In this document: positions 11,910-24,090 of the stretch, piece by piece
How the letters are laid out: every line of letters starts with the position of its first letter
How positions within the stretch are numbered: position 1 is the stretch's first letter
Source: Squalus acanthias
Taxonomy: Eukaryota
DNA length: 64,000 nucleotides
Direction of reading: 5' to 3'
Assembly: GCA_030390025.1 (NCBI GenBank)
Contig: CM059432.1
Span: forward strand, 7,936,001 to 8,000,000
The notes under the pieces: generated by a model
The model's input: only the letters and a program-made list of their open reading frames with translations
Told to the model about the DNA's origin: nothing
Databases searched by the model: none
Position numbers and translations under genes: made by a program

Positions 11910-14642
11910 TCAGTGCTGGGGCCACTGTTTTTTTTTGATATACAGGAAACTCTCGTTTAAACGGCACCTAAATATCCGGAACTCTCTAATAACCGGCAGA
12001 ATTCATACTCCGAAAACTACTGTATACAGTCGTTTATAAGTTTTGTTTTACTGTTAAGTAATTAAAGAGTTATGGATTACCCTCAACTGGCATTACTGTA
12101 TTTAATCAAGCATCTTCCACCATCCATTTAACACAACATTCTATAGGGGAGTACCCAATTATACTGCACATTTCTTGATTTTTTTATTTTTGTTTGTTAA
12201 AAATAGCCTTGTTAGATATACCTCTCCGTTATCCAGAATTTTTAATCAACCGGCACCATCCCGGTCCCGTCAGTGCCGGATACCAAAGAGTTTCCTGTAT
12301 ATCAATGACCTGGATATTGGAATCCAGAGTAGAATTTCTAAATTTGCCGATGACACCAAACTTGGGGGTGTGGCAAACAGTGATGATGATATCAATCGAC
12401 TGCAACAGGACATAGAAAGGCTAGCAGAATGGGCAGACAAGTGGCAGATGGGATTTAATACAGAGAAGTGTGAGGTGATGCATTTTGGCAGAAGGAACAG
12501 GGAGAGGCAATATACACTTAATGGCACAGTTTTAAAGAGTGTGCAGGGACAGAGGGACCTGGGAGTTAATGTGCATAGGTCCCTGAAGGTGGCAGGACAT
12601 ATTGAGAGAGTGGTTAACAAAGCATATGGGATCTTGGGCTTCATAAATAGAGGTATTGAGTACAAAAGTAGAGAAGTTATGCTGAACCTTTATAAAGTGC
12701 TGATTAGGCCACAACTGGAGTATTGCATCCAGTTCTGGTCACCACACTTTAGGAAGGATGTGAAGGCACTTGAGAGGGTGCAGAGGAGATTTACCAGGAT
12801 GGTTCCGGGATGGGGGATCTTAGCTACAAGGACAGGTTGGAGAAGCTGGATTTGTTTTCATTAGAGCAAAGGAGGTTGAGGGGTGATTTGATAGAGGTGT
12901 ACAAGATTACGATGGATTTGGATAGGCTAGACGGGGAAAGGCTGTTCCCACTAGTTTATGGTACAAGGACTAGGGGACACAGATTTAAGGTTTTGGGCAA
13001 GAGTTACAGGGGGGGTGTGAGGAAAAACTTTTTTACACAGCGAGGGGTGATGACCTGGAATTTGCTGCCGATGGAAGTGGTGGAAACGGAGACACTCAAT
13101 GTTTTCAAGGGGAGACTGGATAGGCACCTGAGGGAACAGTTCCCATGGATTGTAAAAGATGTAATAGCAGAGCACTTGGAAAACAGTGACAGGATCGGAC
13201 AAAGTCAACATGGATTTACAAAAGGTAAATCATGCTTGACTAATCCACTGGAATTTTTTGAGGATGTAACTGGTAGAATAGATAAGGGAGAACCAGTGGA
13301 TGTGGTGTATTTGGACTTTCAGAAGGCTTTCGATAAGTTCCCTCATAAGAGATTAGCATGCAAAGTTAAAGGCACACGGGATTGGGGGTAAGGTACTGAC
13401 TTGGATAGAGAACTGGTTGGCAGACAGGAAGCAAAGAGTTGGAATGAACGGGTCTTTTTCCGAGTGGCAGGCAGTGACTAGTGGGGTACCGCAGGGATCG
13501 GTGCTAGGACCCCAGCTATTCACAATATATATTAATGATCTAGACGAGGGAACTAGATGTATTATCTCCAAGTTTGCAGACGACACAAAGCTGGGTGGGC
13601 GTGTGTGCTGTGAGGAGGATGCAGAGAAACTCCAGTATGATTTGGACAGGTTGGGAGATTGGGCAGATGCATGGCAGATGCAGTATAATGTGGATAAATG
13701 TGAGGTTATCCACTTTGGTGGCAAAAACAGGAAGGCAGATTATTATCTGAACGGCAATAGATTGGGAAAAGGGGAAGTGCAACGAAGCCTGGGTGTCCTT
13801 GTGCACCAGCCGCTGAAGGTAAGCATGCTGGTGCAGCAGGCGGTTAAGAAGGCAAATGGTATGTTGGCCTTCATAGCAAGAGGATTCGAGTACAGGAGCA
13901 GGGATGTCTTGCTGTAGTTGTACGGGGCCTTGGTGAGACCACACCTTGCGTATTGTGTGCAGTTTTGGTCGCCTTATCTGAGGAAGGATGTTCTTGCCAT
14001 GGAGGGAGTGCAGCGAAGATTCAGCAGACTGATACCTGGGATGGCAGGAATGACGTATGAAGAGAGATTGGGTCGATTAGGCTTATATTCGCTAGAGCTT
14101 CGAAGAATGAGAGGGGATCTCATTGAAACTTATAAAATTCTAACAGGACTAGACAGACTAGATGCAGGAAGGATGTTCCCGATGGTCGGGGAGTCCAGAA
14201 CCAGAGGTCACAGTCTAAGGATAAGGGGTAAGCCATTTAGGACTGAGATGAGGAGGAATTTCTTCACCCAGAGAGTGGTGAACCTGTGGAATTCTCTCCC
14301 ACAGAAGGCAGTTGAGGCCAATTCATTAAATATATTCAAGTAGGAGTTAGATATATTTCTTAAGGCTAAAGGGATCAAGGGATATGGGGAGAAAGCAGGG
14401 ACAGGGTACTGAATTTGGATGATCAGCCATGATCTCATTGAATGGCGGAACAGGCTCGAGGGGCCGAATGGCCTACTCCTGCTCCTATCTTCTGTGTTTC
14501 TATAAAATAAACTTGCAGGGCTACGGGGATAGAGCAGGGGCACGTGACTGACTGGATTGCTCTACAGAGAGCCGGCACGGACTCGATGGGCGAATGGCCT
14601 CCTTCTGTGCCGTTATGACTGTATGATTCTATGACTCTATGA
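11910..14642 (+). mobile_element. Nested CR1 elements: outer copy 11910-13138 plus 14505-14642, inner copy about 13150-14500
   Basis: Two RT segments, each with ISKFADDTKLGG and YC(I/V)QFWSP; the outer copy's 3'UTR resumes after the inner copy's tail. Confidence 0.88.
11943..12297. mobile_element. Non-autonomous Tc1/mariner (Tigger/pogo-like) element
   Basis: TIR CAGGAAACTCT / AGAGTTTCCTG, TA on both sides; interrupts CR1 RT (SVLGPLFFLI|YINDLD). Confidence 0.85.
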
Positions 14643-15224
14643 CCCTCATCCCTGGTACCATTCTGGTAAATCTCTGCACCCTCTCTAAGGAAATTTCCAA
14701 TCATTACTTCATTTCCTCAACAATCTGTTTGCACCCATGTTCCTGATGTAAAGTATTACACTAGAACCTAGGATGTCTCATCTGTATTCAGTGGGTGGAA
14801 GTGTTTCTCGCGAGGCCGTATGCCACTAATTTATATTCCTGTTAATTCTCTCTGTCCAAAAAGAGTGTGCGTTCCACAGTGGGTCGTAAAACCAGTGTAT
14901 TAAACTATCCAATTTTCTCTGAAGATAACAGTAATGGCCATTGAGAGCTGAGTGCAAGGCATTGCTGGCAAGGTTTGCCACACTGCTAAATTTCTAATCA
15001 CAGAAACCTGCCAATCCCCCCTGCCCCATCTTCTCCACCAGGGGAAAGTCGTAACCAAGCAGCTTTTCGCACTCCGTAAACTTGAACTAATCACTCTGTA
15101 TCTTTCACCTTGCTGTGGAATAAAGCAGCTTAATAATTCGGCTTCACCGCACCTCGTCTAACTCAGTCTGCCTTCGGAGAGATCGAAGAAACACAAGTGT
15201 AAGAAACACGGATATCCAAATCAC

Positions 15225-15960
15225 AAGAGGCCTCGATTTTAAAATTCTCATCCTTGTTTTCGAATCCCTCCATCGCCTTCAGCTCTCCCGATCTCTGTAA
15301 CCTCCTACAACCCCTCCGAGATCTCTGCACTTGTCCGAATTTCATCGCCCCCCCACCATTGGCGGCCGTGCCTTCAGCTGCCTAGGCCCTAAGCCATGAA
15401 ATTCCCTCCCTAAATTCGCTGGAGTATAGAAGAATGAGAGGGGATCTCATCTAAACATATAAAATTCTGACAGGTCTGGACAAACTAGATGCAGGAAGAA
15501 TGTTCACGATGGTCGGAGAGTCCAGAACCAGGGGTCATAATCTAAGGATAAGGGGCTAAGCCATTTAGGACAGAAATGAGGAAGAATTTCTTCACCCAGA
15601 GAGTGGTGAACCTGTGGAATTCTCTACCACAGAAGGTAATTGAGGCCAAGTCATTAAATATATTCAAGAATGAGTTAGATATATTTCTTAAAGCTAAAGC
15701 TATCAAGGGATATGGGGAGAAGGCAGGTACAGGGTACTGAGTTTGGATGATCAGCCATGATCGCATCGAATGGCGGAGCAGGCTCGAGGGGCCGAATGGC
15801 CTACTCCTGCTCCTATCTTCTATGTTTCTATGTTTCCGCCTCTCTACCTCGCTCTCTCCTCCTTCAAGCCGCTCCTTAAAACCTACCTCTTTGAACAAGC
15901 TTTTGGTCACCTGTCCTGCTCTCTCCATATGTGGCTCGTGTCAAATTTTTGTTGGATAGC
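15225..15960 (+). mobile_element. L2 3' fragment interrupted by a CR1 3' fragment (about 15415-15835)
   Basis: L2 sequence ...aattccctccctaaa resumes as tccgcctctctacctc after the CR1 tail. Confidence 0.85.
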
Positions 15961-16639
15961 TGTCCCTCTAGAAATGCTTCAGTAAATCGGTACAGCCCCG
16001 GCCCGTACACCAGTTGGAATGAGAGCACCTGAGTGTCACTGCAGCTTTGAAACTGCCCTGGGACGTTTTAAACGCGCTATATAAATGCAAGTTGTTGTCG
16101 ATTGTGGCTTGTTTGCTCGCAGAAGCCTTCGTGGAGGCCTGGGAAGCTATTCCCTGCGTACCTTTTCACCAGTTAGTGCATGGCTCAGTAACAGCGGGGA
16201 ACTGGAGGGAGAAACAAGCGGAAAATGTGCGTAACGATGAAACACAAACGCACGTTTTAAAAATTCTCCTTGAACCTAATTTTTTTTAGTAGTTCCACGG
16301 CTGTTCGATATCACATTTATGTGGCGTTCAATACTGAGTACAGTGAGCGCCGGACGTTATATTGGATAGATCTAAAATTCGGCAGCCCAGTTACAACAGG
16401 CAAATTGATCAACGATGAAAAACGATGGTGATTTTCAAAAGAATTGGCTGCTGAAAAGACAGTGCATTGCAACTTTGTTTTCTCAAGTGTGCCCTTTTTT
16501 AACGAGTACGTGAGCTAAATTTTAAAAGAATGATGGAGTTGTGGCAGTTTCAAAGCTGCAGTGATACTTTACGTGCTCTCATTCCAACTGGTGTACGCCG
16601 GGGTTGTACCGATTCACTGAAGCATTTCTGGAGGAAGAG

Positions 16640-17230
16640 AATTGAAAAGCAGAGAAGTTAGGTTAAACGTGTACAGAACCTTGGTTAGACCACACTTGGG
16701 GGACTGTGCACAGTTCTGGTCTCCATATTACAAAAAGGACGTAGAGGTCAATGGAGAAGGTGCAAAAGAGGTTTACGAGAATGAGTCCAGAATTGAGAGG
16801 TTATACCGAGCAGGAATTAGGCGGGGCTCTTTTTTTCTAGAAAAGAGAAGACTGAGGGGTGACCTGATAGAGGTCTTTAAGATTATGAAAGGAGTTCGAT
16901 AGGGTAGATGTAGAGAAGATGTTTCCACTTGTGGGGGGAGACTAGAACTAGGGGCCATCAATATAAGATAATCCCTAATAAATCCAATAGGGAATTCAGG
17001 AACAACTTCTTTACCCAGAGAGTGGTGAGAATGTGGAGCTTGCTACCACAGGGAGTAGTTGAGGCGAATAGCAGAGATGGATTCAAGGGGAAGCTGGATA
17101 AATACATGAGGGAGAAAGGAATAGAAGGATATGTTGATAAGGTGAGATGAAGAGGGGTGGGAGGAGGCTCGTGTGCAGCATAAACACCGGCACGGACCAG
17201 TTGGGCCAAATGTCCTGTTTCTGTGCTGTA
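16640..17230 (+). mobile_element. CR1 3' fragment
   Basis: YRTLVRPHL..QFWSPY and NFFTQRVV motifs; 3'UTR with GGGCCAAATGTCC hairpin. Confidence 0.88.
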
Positions 17231-18045
17231 TGGCTGGATTTTCCGGGTCCCACCTGCACGGTGCAGGGGTGGGGGGGGGGGGACCCGGGAGATGGCGGGA
17301 AACCCGGAAGTTCGGGTTTCCCGGCACGCTGTGGAGTTTTAACTCTATGGAGTGCCTGCGACGGGAAGGGCGGGTTCCCCCGCCCGGAAGTCACCCTGAC
17401 TGACTGACAGGCTGGCTTCCAGTCGTGTGGGGAACGCGGCCCAGGAGGCCACATGACCGGGTAGGTGCTGGGCCCAAGATGGTTGTGGGGTGGGTGGGGG
17501 GGGGGGGTTGTTTCCAAGCTGTGGGTGAGGGGTGGGGGGGAGGTCCAATCCCCCTTGGCTGAGTCGTGATCCCGGGGGGGGTGGGGTGTTCCAGGCTTGG
17601 GGATGGGACGGGGTGGAGGGGTGTCCGAACCCTGGGGAGAGGGGGTGCGTCCGCACCCCGACCCCAGGGGCTGTGGGCTGATGGTGGGGGAGCTTGGGAG
17701 GCCGTAAGGAAGCTCTCCTGCTCCTCCTGGCCCACAAGGATTGCTCCCCGAGGTTGTGGACCGCCTCGTTGCAGCCACTGGGAATGCCGAGCCCCGGGAT
17801 CCCCGGCCGCCTGCAGTAAAGCCTGCAAAGCAGGTTAAAGTAGAGGCTTCAGGCCTCGTTATCATATTTAAATTGCCGACCTGCCTCCTGGCAGCGGGTT
17901 GGCAGCTCGCCGCCCCTCCCCCGTCCCGTGTGAGTGAAAGGTGAAAGTGGGTGGGTTGGGGTCGGGTTTTACAGCTTTCACTCCCCCGCCCCCCCCCCCC
18001 CCACGCCTCCAACCCACCCGTTCTGACCTGTGAAAATTCCGGCCC
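17231..18045. mobile_element. GC-rich MITE (Harbinger-like TIR)
   Basis: Ends GGCTGGATTTTCCGGGTC / GACCTGTGAAAATTCCGGCCC are imperfect inverted repeats; TSD unclear. Confidence 0.7.
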
Positions 18046-18236
18046 ATGTAATACTTTTCAAAGGAACCTATCTTATCAGAAGAGGGTAATGGTCAGCTTC
18101 CTCTGGAACACTGTGGAGATACACATGACATTTGGCCTCCCTTGTGATATCATGGCAGACTTGAGAGCCTATTTCTTCAAAAAGATGTTTTAATTCCCCC
18201 ACGGGTTTACACTGGATTTTGTCTCTATCAGTGTTA

Positions 18237-18648
18237 CCTTTCACGATCATCCAAAGTGCTTTACAGCCGATGAAGTGCGGTCACTGTTGTAATGTGGGAA
18301 ACGCGACAGCCAATTAGCGCACAGCAAGCTCCCACAAACAGCAATGTGATAATGACCAGATCATCTGTTTTTATTGATGTTGATTGAGGGATAAATATTG
18401 GCCCAGGACACCGGGGAGAACTCCCCTGCTCTTCTTCGGAATAGTGGCCACGGGATCTTTTATCGTCCACCTGAGGGGGCAGACGGGGCCTCGGTTTAAC
18501 GTCTCATCTGAAAGACGGCACCTCCGACAGTGCCGCACTCCCACGGAGTGTCAGCCTGGATTTTTGTGCTCAAGTCTTTGGAGTGGGATTTGAATCCACA
18601 ACCTTCTGACCCAGAGGCGAGGGTGCTGCCCACTGAGACACGATTGAC
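18237..18648 (-). mobile_element. Deu-domain SINE, near full-length
   Basis: Reverse complement of the 10628-11096 family, including the tRNA head. Confidence 0.88.
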
Positions 18649-18954
18649 TGTTGTCCTCTCTAACTATAAAATTCATCCAAACTGAAAAAAACTGCGAAAC
18701 ATTTGACAGAATGACACAGCACAGGAGGAGGCCATTCGGTCCATCGTGCCTGTGCTGGCTCTTTGATAGAGCGATCCAATTAGTCCCTCTCTTTCCCCAC
18801 AGCCCTGTTAAAAAAAATTCATGTGCATTATGTATGCTGGAGGTAAACTTGATCTTTTCTTAAGACTTTTCACTTTTTATTAAATTAAGTAAAAGTAGCT
18901 GACCTTTTCCAACATAGCTGAGGCAATAAACGGCACCTGATACGCTGGTAGAAT

Positions 18955-19082
18955 GGGGCTGAAATTGGTCTCTGCCGGTAACACATATTGGGCGATAGCG
19001 AATTGCCTGCCCGTTTTACACCACGGCCCATTTTCTTTTGCATTGACTTGGTGTAATATCCGCTACCACCCGAGACCCATTT
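18955..19082. mobile_element. Small MITE; unexpanded relative of 24091-25755
   Basis: Collinear with both flanks of the minisatellite element; one monomer-like unit CCGTTTTACACCACGG; right end abuts a CR1. Confidence 0.65.
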
Positions 19083-19440
19083 AGAATCATAGAATCAGAC
19101 AGCACAGAAGGAAGCCATTTGGCCCATCGTGCCTCTGCCGGCTCTTTGAAAGAGCTCTCCAATTAGTCCCACTCTCCCCTGCTCTTTCCCCACAGCCCTG
19201 CAAATTTTTCCCCTTCAAATATTTATCCAATTCCCTTTTGAAAGTTACTATTGAATCTGCTTCCACCGCCCTTTCAGGCAGCGCGTTCCAGATCACAACA
19301 ACTCGCCGCATAAAAAAACTTTCCCCTCATCCCCCCCTCTGGCTTTTTTTGCCAATTATTTTAAATCTGTGCCTCCTGCCAGTGGAAACCTGTTTCTCCC
19401 TATCTACTCGATCAAAACACCGCATTATTTTGAACACTTC
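19083..19440 (-). mobile_element. CR1 3' fragment
   Basis: ORF 19087..19311 RRVVVIWNALPERAVEADS; (GATTCTAT)n tail. Confidence 0.88.
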
Positions 19441-19659
19441 AATTGAACGGCTTCTTAGCAGTTGCAGAAAGGGTGGGTGCATGCAAGTGCCTGTAACACG
19501 CTCTTACTGAATGGCGGAGCAGGCTCGAAGGGCCGAGTGGCCGACTCCTGCTCCTAATTCCTATGTTCGTATGTAACTTACAGCCACCTGTAGTTAAATC
19601 TGCATCTTTTAAACCAAAAAGGCTTCACACAGTTTGAAAATGGCTTAAAGTGTTGAGAT

Positions 19660-20545
19660 GAACCTTCCGCTTGGGCCTCAGCTGGAGTATTGTGTACAAT
19701 TCTGGTCACCACACTTTAGGAAGGATGTCAAGGCCCTGGAGAGGGTGCAGAGGAGGTTTACCAGGATGATACCAGGGGATGAGGGAGTTCAGTTATGTGG
19801 AGAGACTGGAGAAGCTGGGATTGTTCTCCTGACAGCAGAGAGGGTTACGGGAAGATGTATCATAGAATCATAGAAATGTACAACACAGAAGGAGGCCACT
19901 CGGCCCATCTTGTCCGTGCCGGCCGACAAAGAGCTCTCCACCCTAATCCCACTTTCCAGCTCTTGGTCCGTAGCCCTGTAGGTTACGGCACTTCAAGTGC
20001 ATATCCAAGTACTTTTTAAATGCGATGAGGGTTTCTGCCTCTACCACCCTTTCAGGCAGTGAGTTCCAGACCCCCCACCACCCTCTGGGTGAACAAATTT
20101 CTCCTCAAATCCCCCCTAATGCTTCTACCAATTACTTTAAATCTGTGCCCCCTGGTTATTGACCCTTCTGCTAAGGGAGGCGTTCAAAATAATGAGGTTT
20201 TTTTTTATCGAGCAAGTCGGGAGAAACTGGTTCCTCTGGCAAATGGGTCAGTAAGCAGAGGTCATAGATGTAAAGTAATTGGCGAAAGAAGTGGAGGGGA
20301 AATGAGGAGAAATTTCTTCACAGCGTGTTGTTAAGATCTGGGACGCACTCCCTGAAAGGCTGGTGGAATCGGATTCCATCGGAACTATCAAAAGGCCCAT
20401 TGGACATGTACTCAAAGAGGACTCATTTGCAGGTTTATGGGGAGAAAGCTGGGGTGCGGGACTAAATTGGAACAGCTCCACCAGAGAGCCGGCACAGGCG
20501 TGATGGGCCGAATGGCCTCCTCCTGTGCTGTAGGATTCGATGATT
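19660..20545 (+). mobile_element. CR1 3' fragment containing an oppositely oriented CR1 tail (about 19860-20175)
   Basis: PQLEYCVQFWSPHFRKD on +; internal reverse copy starts catagaatcatagaa. Confidence 0.8.
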
Positions 20546-20891
20546 CTTCGATTTATTTGTTTGCTGTTGGGAGTCCTGGAAAACAGCTGGCTGTTTAATG
20601 ACCGGATGGTGAACTTTATTGGCTCCCATTCACACGGCTCCTGGTGGGTGGCGGGGCGATTGCAACAAAGAGTTGGCAACCACGCACTCCGATGCTGCCA
20701 ATTTCCATGGAATATTTTCCCATGTTGAGGCACCAGGCCGAGATTTTATTTTACCCGCGACACGGTGCAACGGATCAAAAAATAAATGAATGCAATCTCG
20801 CTGCTGCCGCGGGACGTCTGAAATAAATGCAGCAGGCTGAAGGTTGCCAAGTCTTTTTTACTGTTTTGGCCGGTCGAGGTCTGACTAAAGT

Positions 20892-20920
20892 CTAATTCTC
20901 TGTTGTTCCCTGTGTTCCAG
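20892..20920 (+). promoter_or_regulatory. 3' splice site of the DSEL terminal exon
   Basis: CTAAT branch-like motif, pyrimidine-rich tract, CAG at 20918-20920; homology stops here and an in-frame TAA lies at 20886-20888. Confidence 0.85.
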
Positions 20921-23525
20921 ATACGTGCTGAGGAACGGCAGCGGCAACTGGTTGGCGAAGCAGATCAGGAAGCACCGGCCCAAAGACGGGCCGATGGAGC
21001 CCTCCAGTGCCCACCGGTGGTGCACCCTCCACACCGAGTACATCTGGTACGACCCCGAGCTAACCCCGCAACCCCCTGCGGGGTACGGCAGCCCGAAGCT
21101 GCACATCTTCTCCAACTGGGGGGTCGTCACCTACGGAGGCGGCTTGCCCAACAACCTGGGCAATACGTTTGTCTCCTTCAAGTCGGGGAAGCTTGGCGGG
21201 CGCGCCGTGTACGAGATAGTCCACGAGAGCCCTTACTCGTGGATCGACGGCTGGAAGAACTTCAACCCGGGCCACGAGCATCCGGATCAAAACTCGTTCA
21301 CTTTTGCCCCCAACGGACAGGTGTTCGTCTCCGAGGCTTTATACGGGCCCAAGTACAGCTACTTGAATAATGTCTTGGTCTTCTCCCCTTCTCCGACTAG
21401 CCAGTGCAATGAGCCCTGGGAGGGCCAGCTGGGCGAGTGCGGCCAGTGGCTCAACTGGATGGCGGACGAGGCCGGAAGTTCGGCGGGGGAGCTCGTGACC
21501 GCGACGCAGCACGGAGGCATGCTGTTCACCAGCGGCGAGGCGGCGGCCGCCTATTCCTCCGCCATGCGGCTGCGCAGCGTCTACCGCTCCCTGCTGCTCC
21601 TGAACCCCCAGCTGCTGCTGGTGATCGACCACATTGAGCGGCGCGAGGACTCCCCCGTGAATCTGGTCAGCGCCTTCTTCCACAACCTGGACATCGACTT
21701 CAAGTACGTCCCCTACAAGTCGGCGGGCCAGCTGAACGGAGCCATGATGGATGTCTGGGACGCTCAGTACAAGATGTTCTGGTTTGACCACCGTGGCAGA
21801 AGCCCCGCCTCTCAGATACAGGAGGCGGAACAGGCGGCAGAGTTCAAGAAGCGATGGACCCAATTTGTCAACGTGACCTTTGTACTTGGAAAGCCCGTCA
21901 CCAGAATCGCCTATGTATTCCACGGACCGTACGTCAAGATTTCCAATTGCAGGTTTATTGACGACAGCGGCCCTGGATTGAAAGTCGCACTGAACGTTAA
22001 TGATACAGAGACAGTTGTGTCTGTGGTGACTCAGTATACTGACCCAACTGTTCGGTTCAGTTACTTAGGATTTGGGGGATATGCAAAGGTGGAAGATACA
22101 AATCAAGTCACGAGATTTGGCTTCGGGACAACCCCTTTGCAGCGGCCAAGGAAACTCAGCACCAACTTCTTTCGCTTTGGGATGACGGTGAAAGTCCTCA
22201 TGGCCATCGCCTTGTGCATTGGCTTGGTCCTGCTGGCCGCTCACTGGAAGCTCTACATCTCCTTCAGCAAGCTGATGCGCTTTGCGCTGCTGATGATCAT
22301 CACGCTGTGGTTCATGGAGCTCGTGGCCCTGTGGAGCACCTGCACGCAGCCCCTGTGCGGCATGAACTGGAACGGCGACGACGCCAGCTCGGACGCCGAC
22401 GCCCACTCGAGGCAGTGGGACGAGAACCTCAGGAAAATGTCCCCCGTCGTCATCGCCTCGCTGCCGGGCTCGGGGGCGGAAATCCTGAAGCACCTCTTCG
22501 TCAACAACACCGACTTCGTCTACATCCGGGTCCCGACGGAGCACCTCGACATTCCCGAGATGGAATTCGAGTTCGACTCCTTCGTCGACGCCTGCGAGTG
22601 GAAGCTCTCCGATGTCCAAGCCGGCCGCTACCGTTTGATCCAGGGTTGGCTCCAGTCGCTGGTGCAAAACACGAAGCTGCATTTGCAGAATATTCCGCTG
22701 CACGCGGGAAGCAGGAGTGCATTTCCGGCGGAGAAGCCCAACGGAGCCCGGGACAAGAAGAGGAAATACAGGAGGAGGGCTTCCTTAATGGATCAGAGCG
22801 CGAAGTACAAAGAAAACCTAGAGAAGGACACGGAGTATATTAGAGGACTGAGGAGGCACCTGGCTTCCTACCCCAATGCGCGTGTCGTGCTGAGCTTAAG
22901 CAGCGGGAGTTGGACGCTAAAGCTTCCATTTGTGCAGGGAGTTATAGGACCTTCTATGAGGGCTGTGCATGTGGTGAGGGACCCACGGGCGTGGATCTAC
23001 TCATTGCTGTATAACAGCAAGCCCAGTCTTTACTCCCTGAGAAATGTGCCCCAGCATTTAGCCATGCTCTTCAAGGAAGAAAACAACAAGGAGAAGTGCG
23101 ATTTGGACACCGGCTACGCCTTCGAATACGAACTACTTCGGAGGCAGTTTGTGGCGCCGGCCAGGAACACGGTGTCGCTCTTGGCTCACCTGTGGCTGGC
23201 CAACACCAGGGCAACTCTGAGGATAAACAAGAAGCTGCCCCCCGCCAACTACCAACTGGTGAAGTTCGAAGACGTCGTCAACTTTCCTCAGGAAACGGCC
23301 GAGAAAATCTATGTCTTTCTGGGCTTCACTCTCCCCCCCGCTGTGCTAAACAGGATACTTTTTGCCACCTCCACGAACCTATTCCACCTTCCGTTCGAAG
23401 GCGAGGTGTCGCCCAGCAACCTCCACCTCTGGAGGGACAGAATGCCCCAGAAGGACATCAGGACAATCGAGGACATCTGCTGGTCAGTGATGAGCCAGTT
23501 AGGGTACGCCAGGTTTGCCACTTGA
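20921..23525 (+). CDS. DSEL: Dermatan sulfate epimerase-like protein, last coding exon (about 867 aa: C-terminal part of the epimerase domain, two TM helices, sulfotransferase-like domain)
   Basis: Recognised similarity to human DSEL along the whole [93 protein letters not shown]; stop TGA 23523-23525; the N-terminal portion (roughly 350 aa) is not found in the window. Confidence 0.96.
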
Positions 23526-23575
23526 AAGCAGTTCCGCTTGGAGTTAAAAGAAAGCGCCGACGGAATTGTTTGCAC

Positions 23576-23581
23576 AATAAA
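23576..23581 (+). promoter_or_regulatory. Candidate polyadenylation signal
   Basis: AATAAA about 50 nt after the DSEL stop; further AATAAA in the downstream SINE; usage unknown. Confidence 0.35.
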
Positions 23582-23633
23582 AGTTGAAGGGGTCTGGCTG
23601 GGAGCTTGTGGTGAAGACATTTCATTTCTACGC

Positions 23634-24052
23634 GGGGTACGGTAGCACAGTGGTTGTGTTACTGGGCTAGTAATCACAGAGGCCAGGCACTACTAACCTG
23701 CAGACATCAGTTCTAAACCCCACCACGGTCGTTTGTGAATTTAAATTCAGCTAATTAAATAAATCTGGAATAAAAAGCTGGTATCAGTAATGGTGACCAT
23801 GAAACTATCAGATTGTTGTAAAAATCCCATCTGGTTCACTCATGTCCTTTAGGGAAGGAAATCTGCCGTCTTTACCCGGTCTGGCCGATATGTGACTCCA
23901 GACCCACAGCAATGTGGTTGACTCTTAACTGCTGCCCTCTGAAATTGCCCAGCAAGCCCCTAAAGTGGCTCACCAACCACCTACTCGAGGGCAGTTAGGG
24001 ATGGGCAATAAATGCCGGCCTTGCCAGCGACGCCCACATCCCGTGAATAAAT
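23634..24052 (+). mobile_element. tRNA-like-headed SINE sharing its 3' tail with LINE family Z
   Basis: A-box-like TAGCACAGTGG; tail gtggctcacca...gggatgggcaataaatgccggccttgccagcgacgcccacatccc matches the LINE end at 59800-59880. Confidence 0.8.
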
Positions 24053-24090
24053 TTGAAAGAAAATTAATTTAGGTCAAAAGAAAACAGAAC

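Noticed and set aside
17083..18012. 309-aa Pro/Gly-rich ORF
   Set aside because: Spans a GC-rich MITE and a CR1 tail; no recognisable domain
1390..20880. Upstream DSEL exons
   Set aside because: No expected N-terminal motifs in the ORF track or by eye; a short exon could still have been missed
20925..20927. GTG as the DSEL start codon
   Set aside because: Mid-protein position; the upstream AG acceptor explains the ORF boundary
20903..23677. Alternative-frame and antisense ORFs over DSEL
   Set aside because: Expected by-product of GC-rich codon usage in the real CDS
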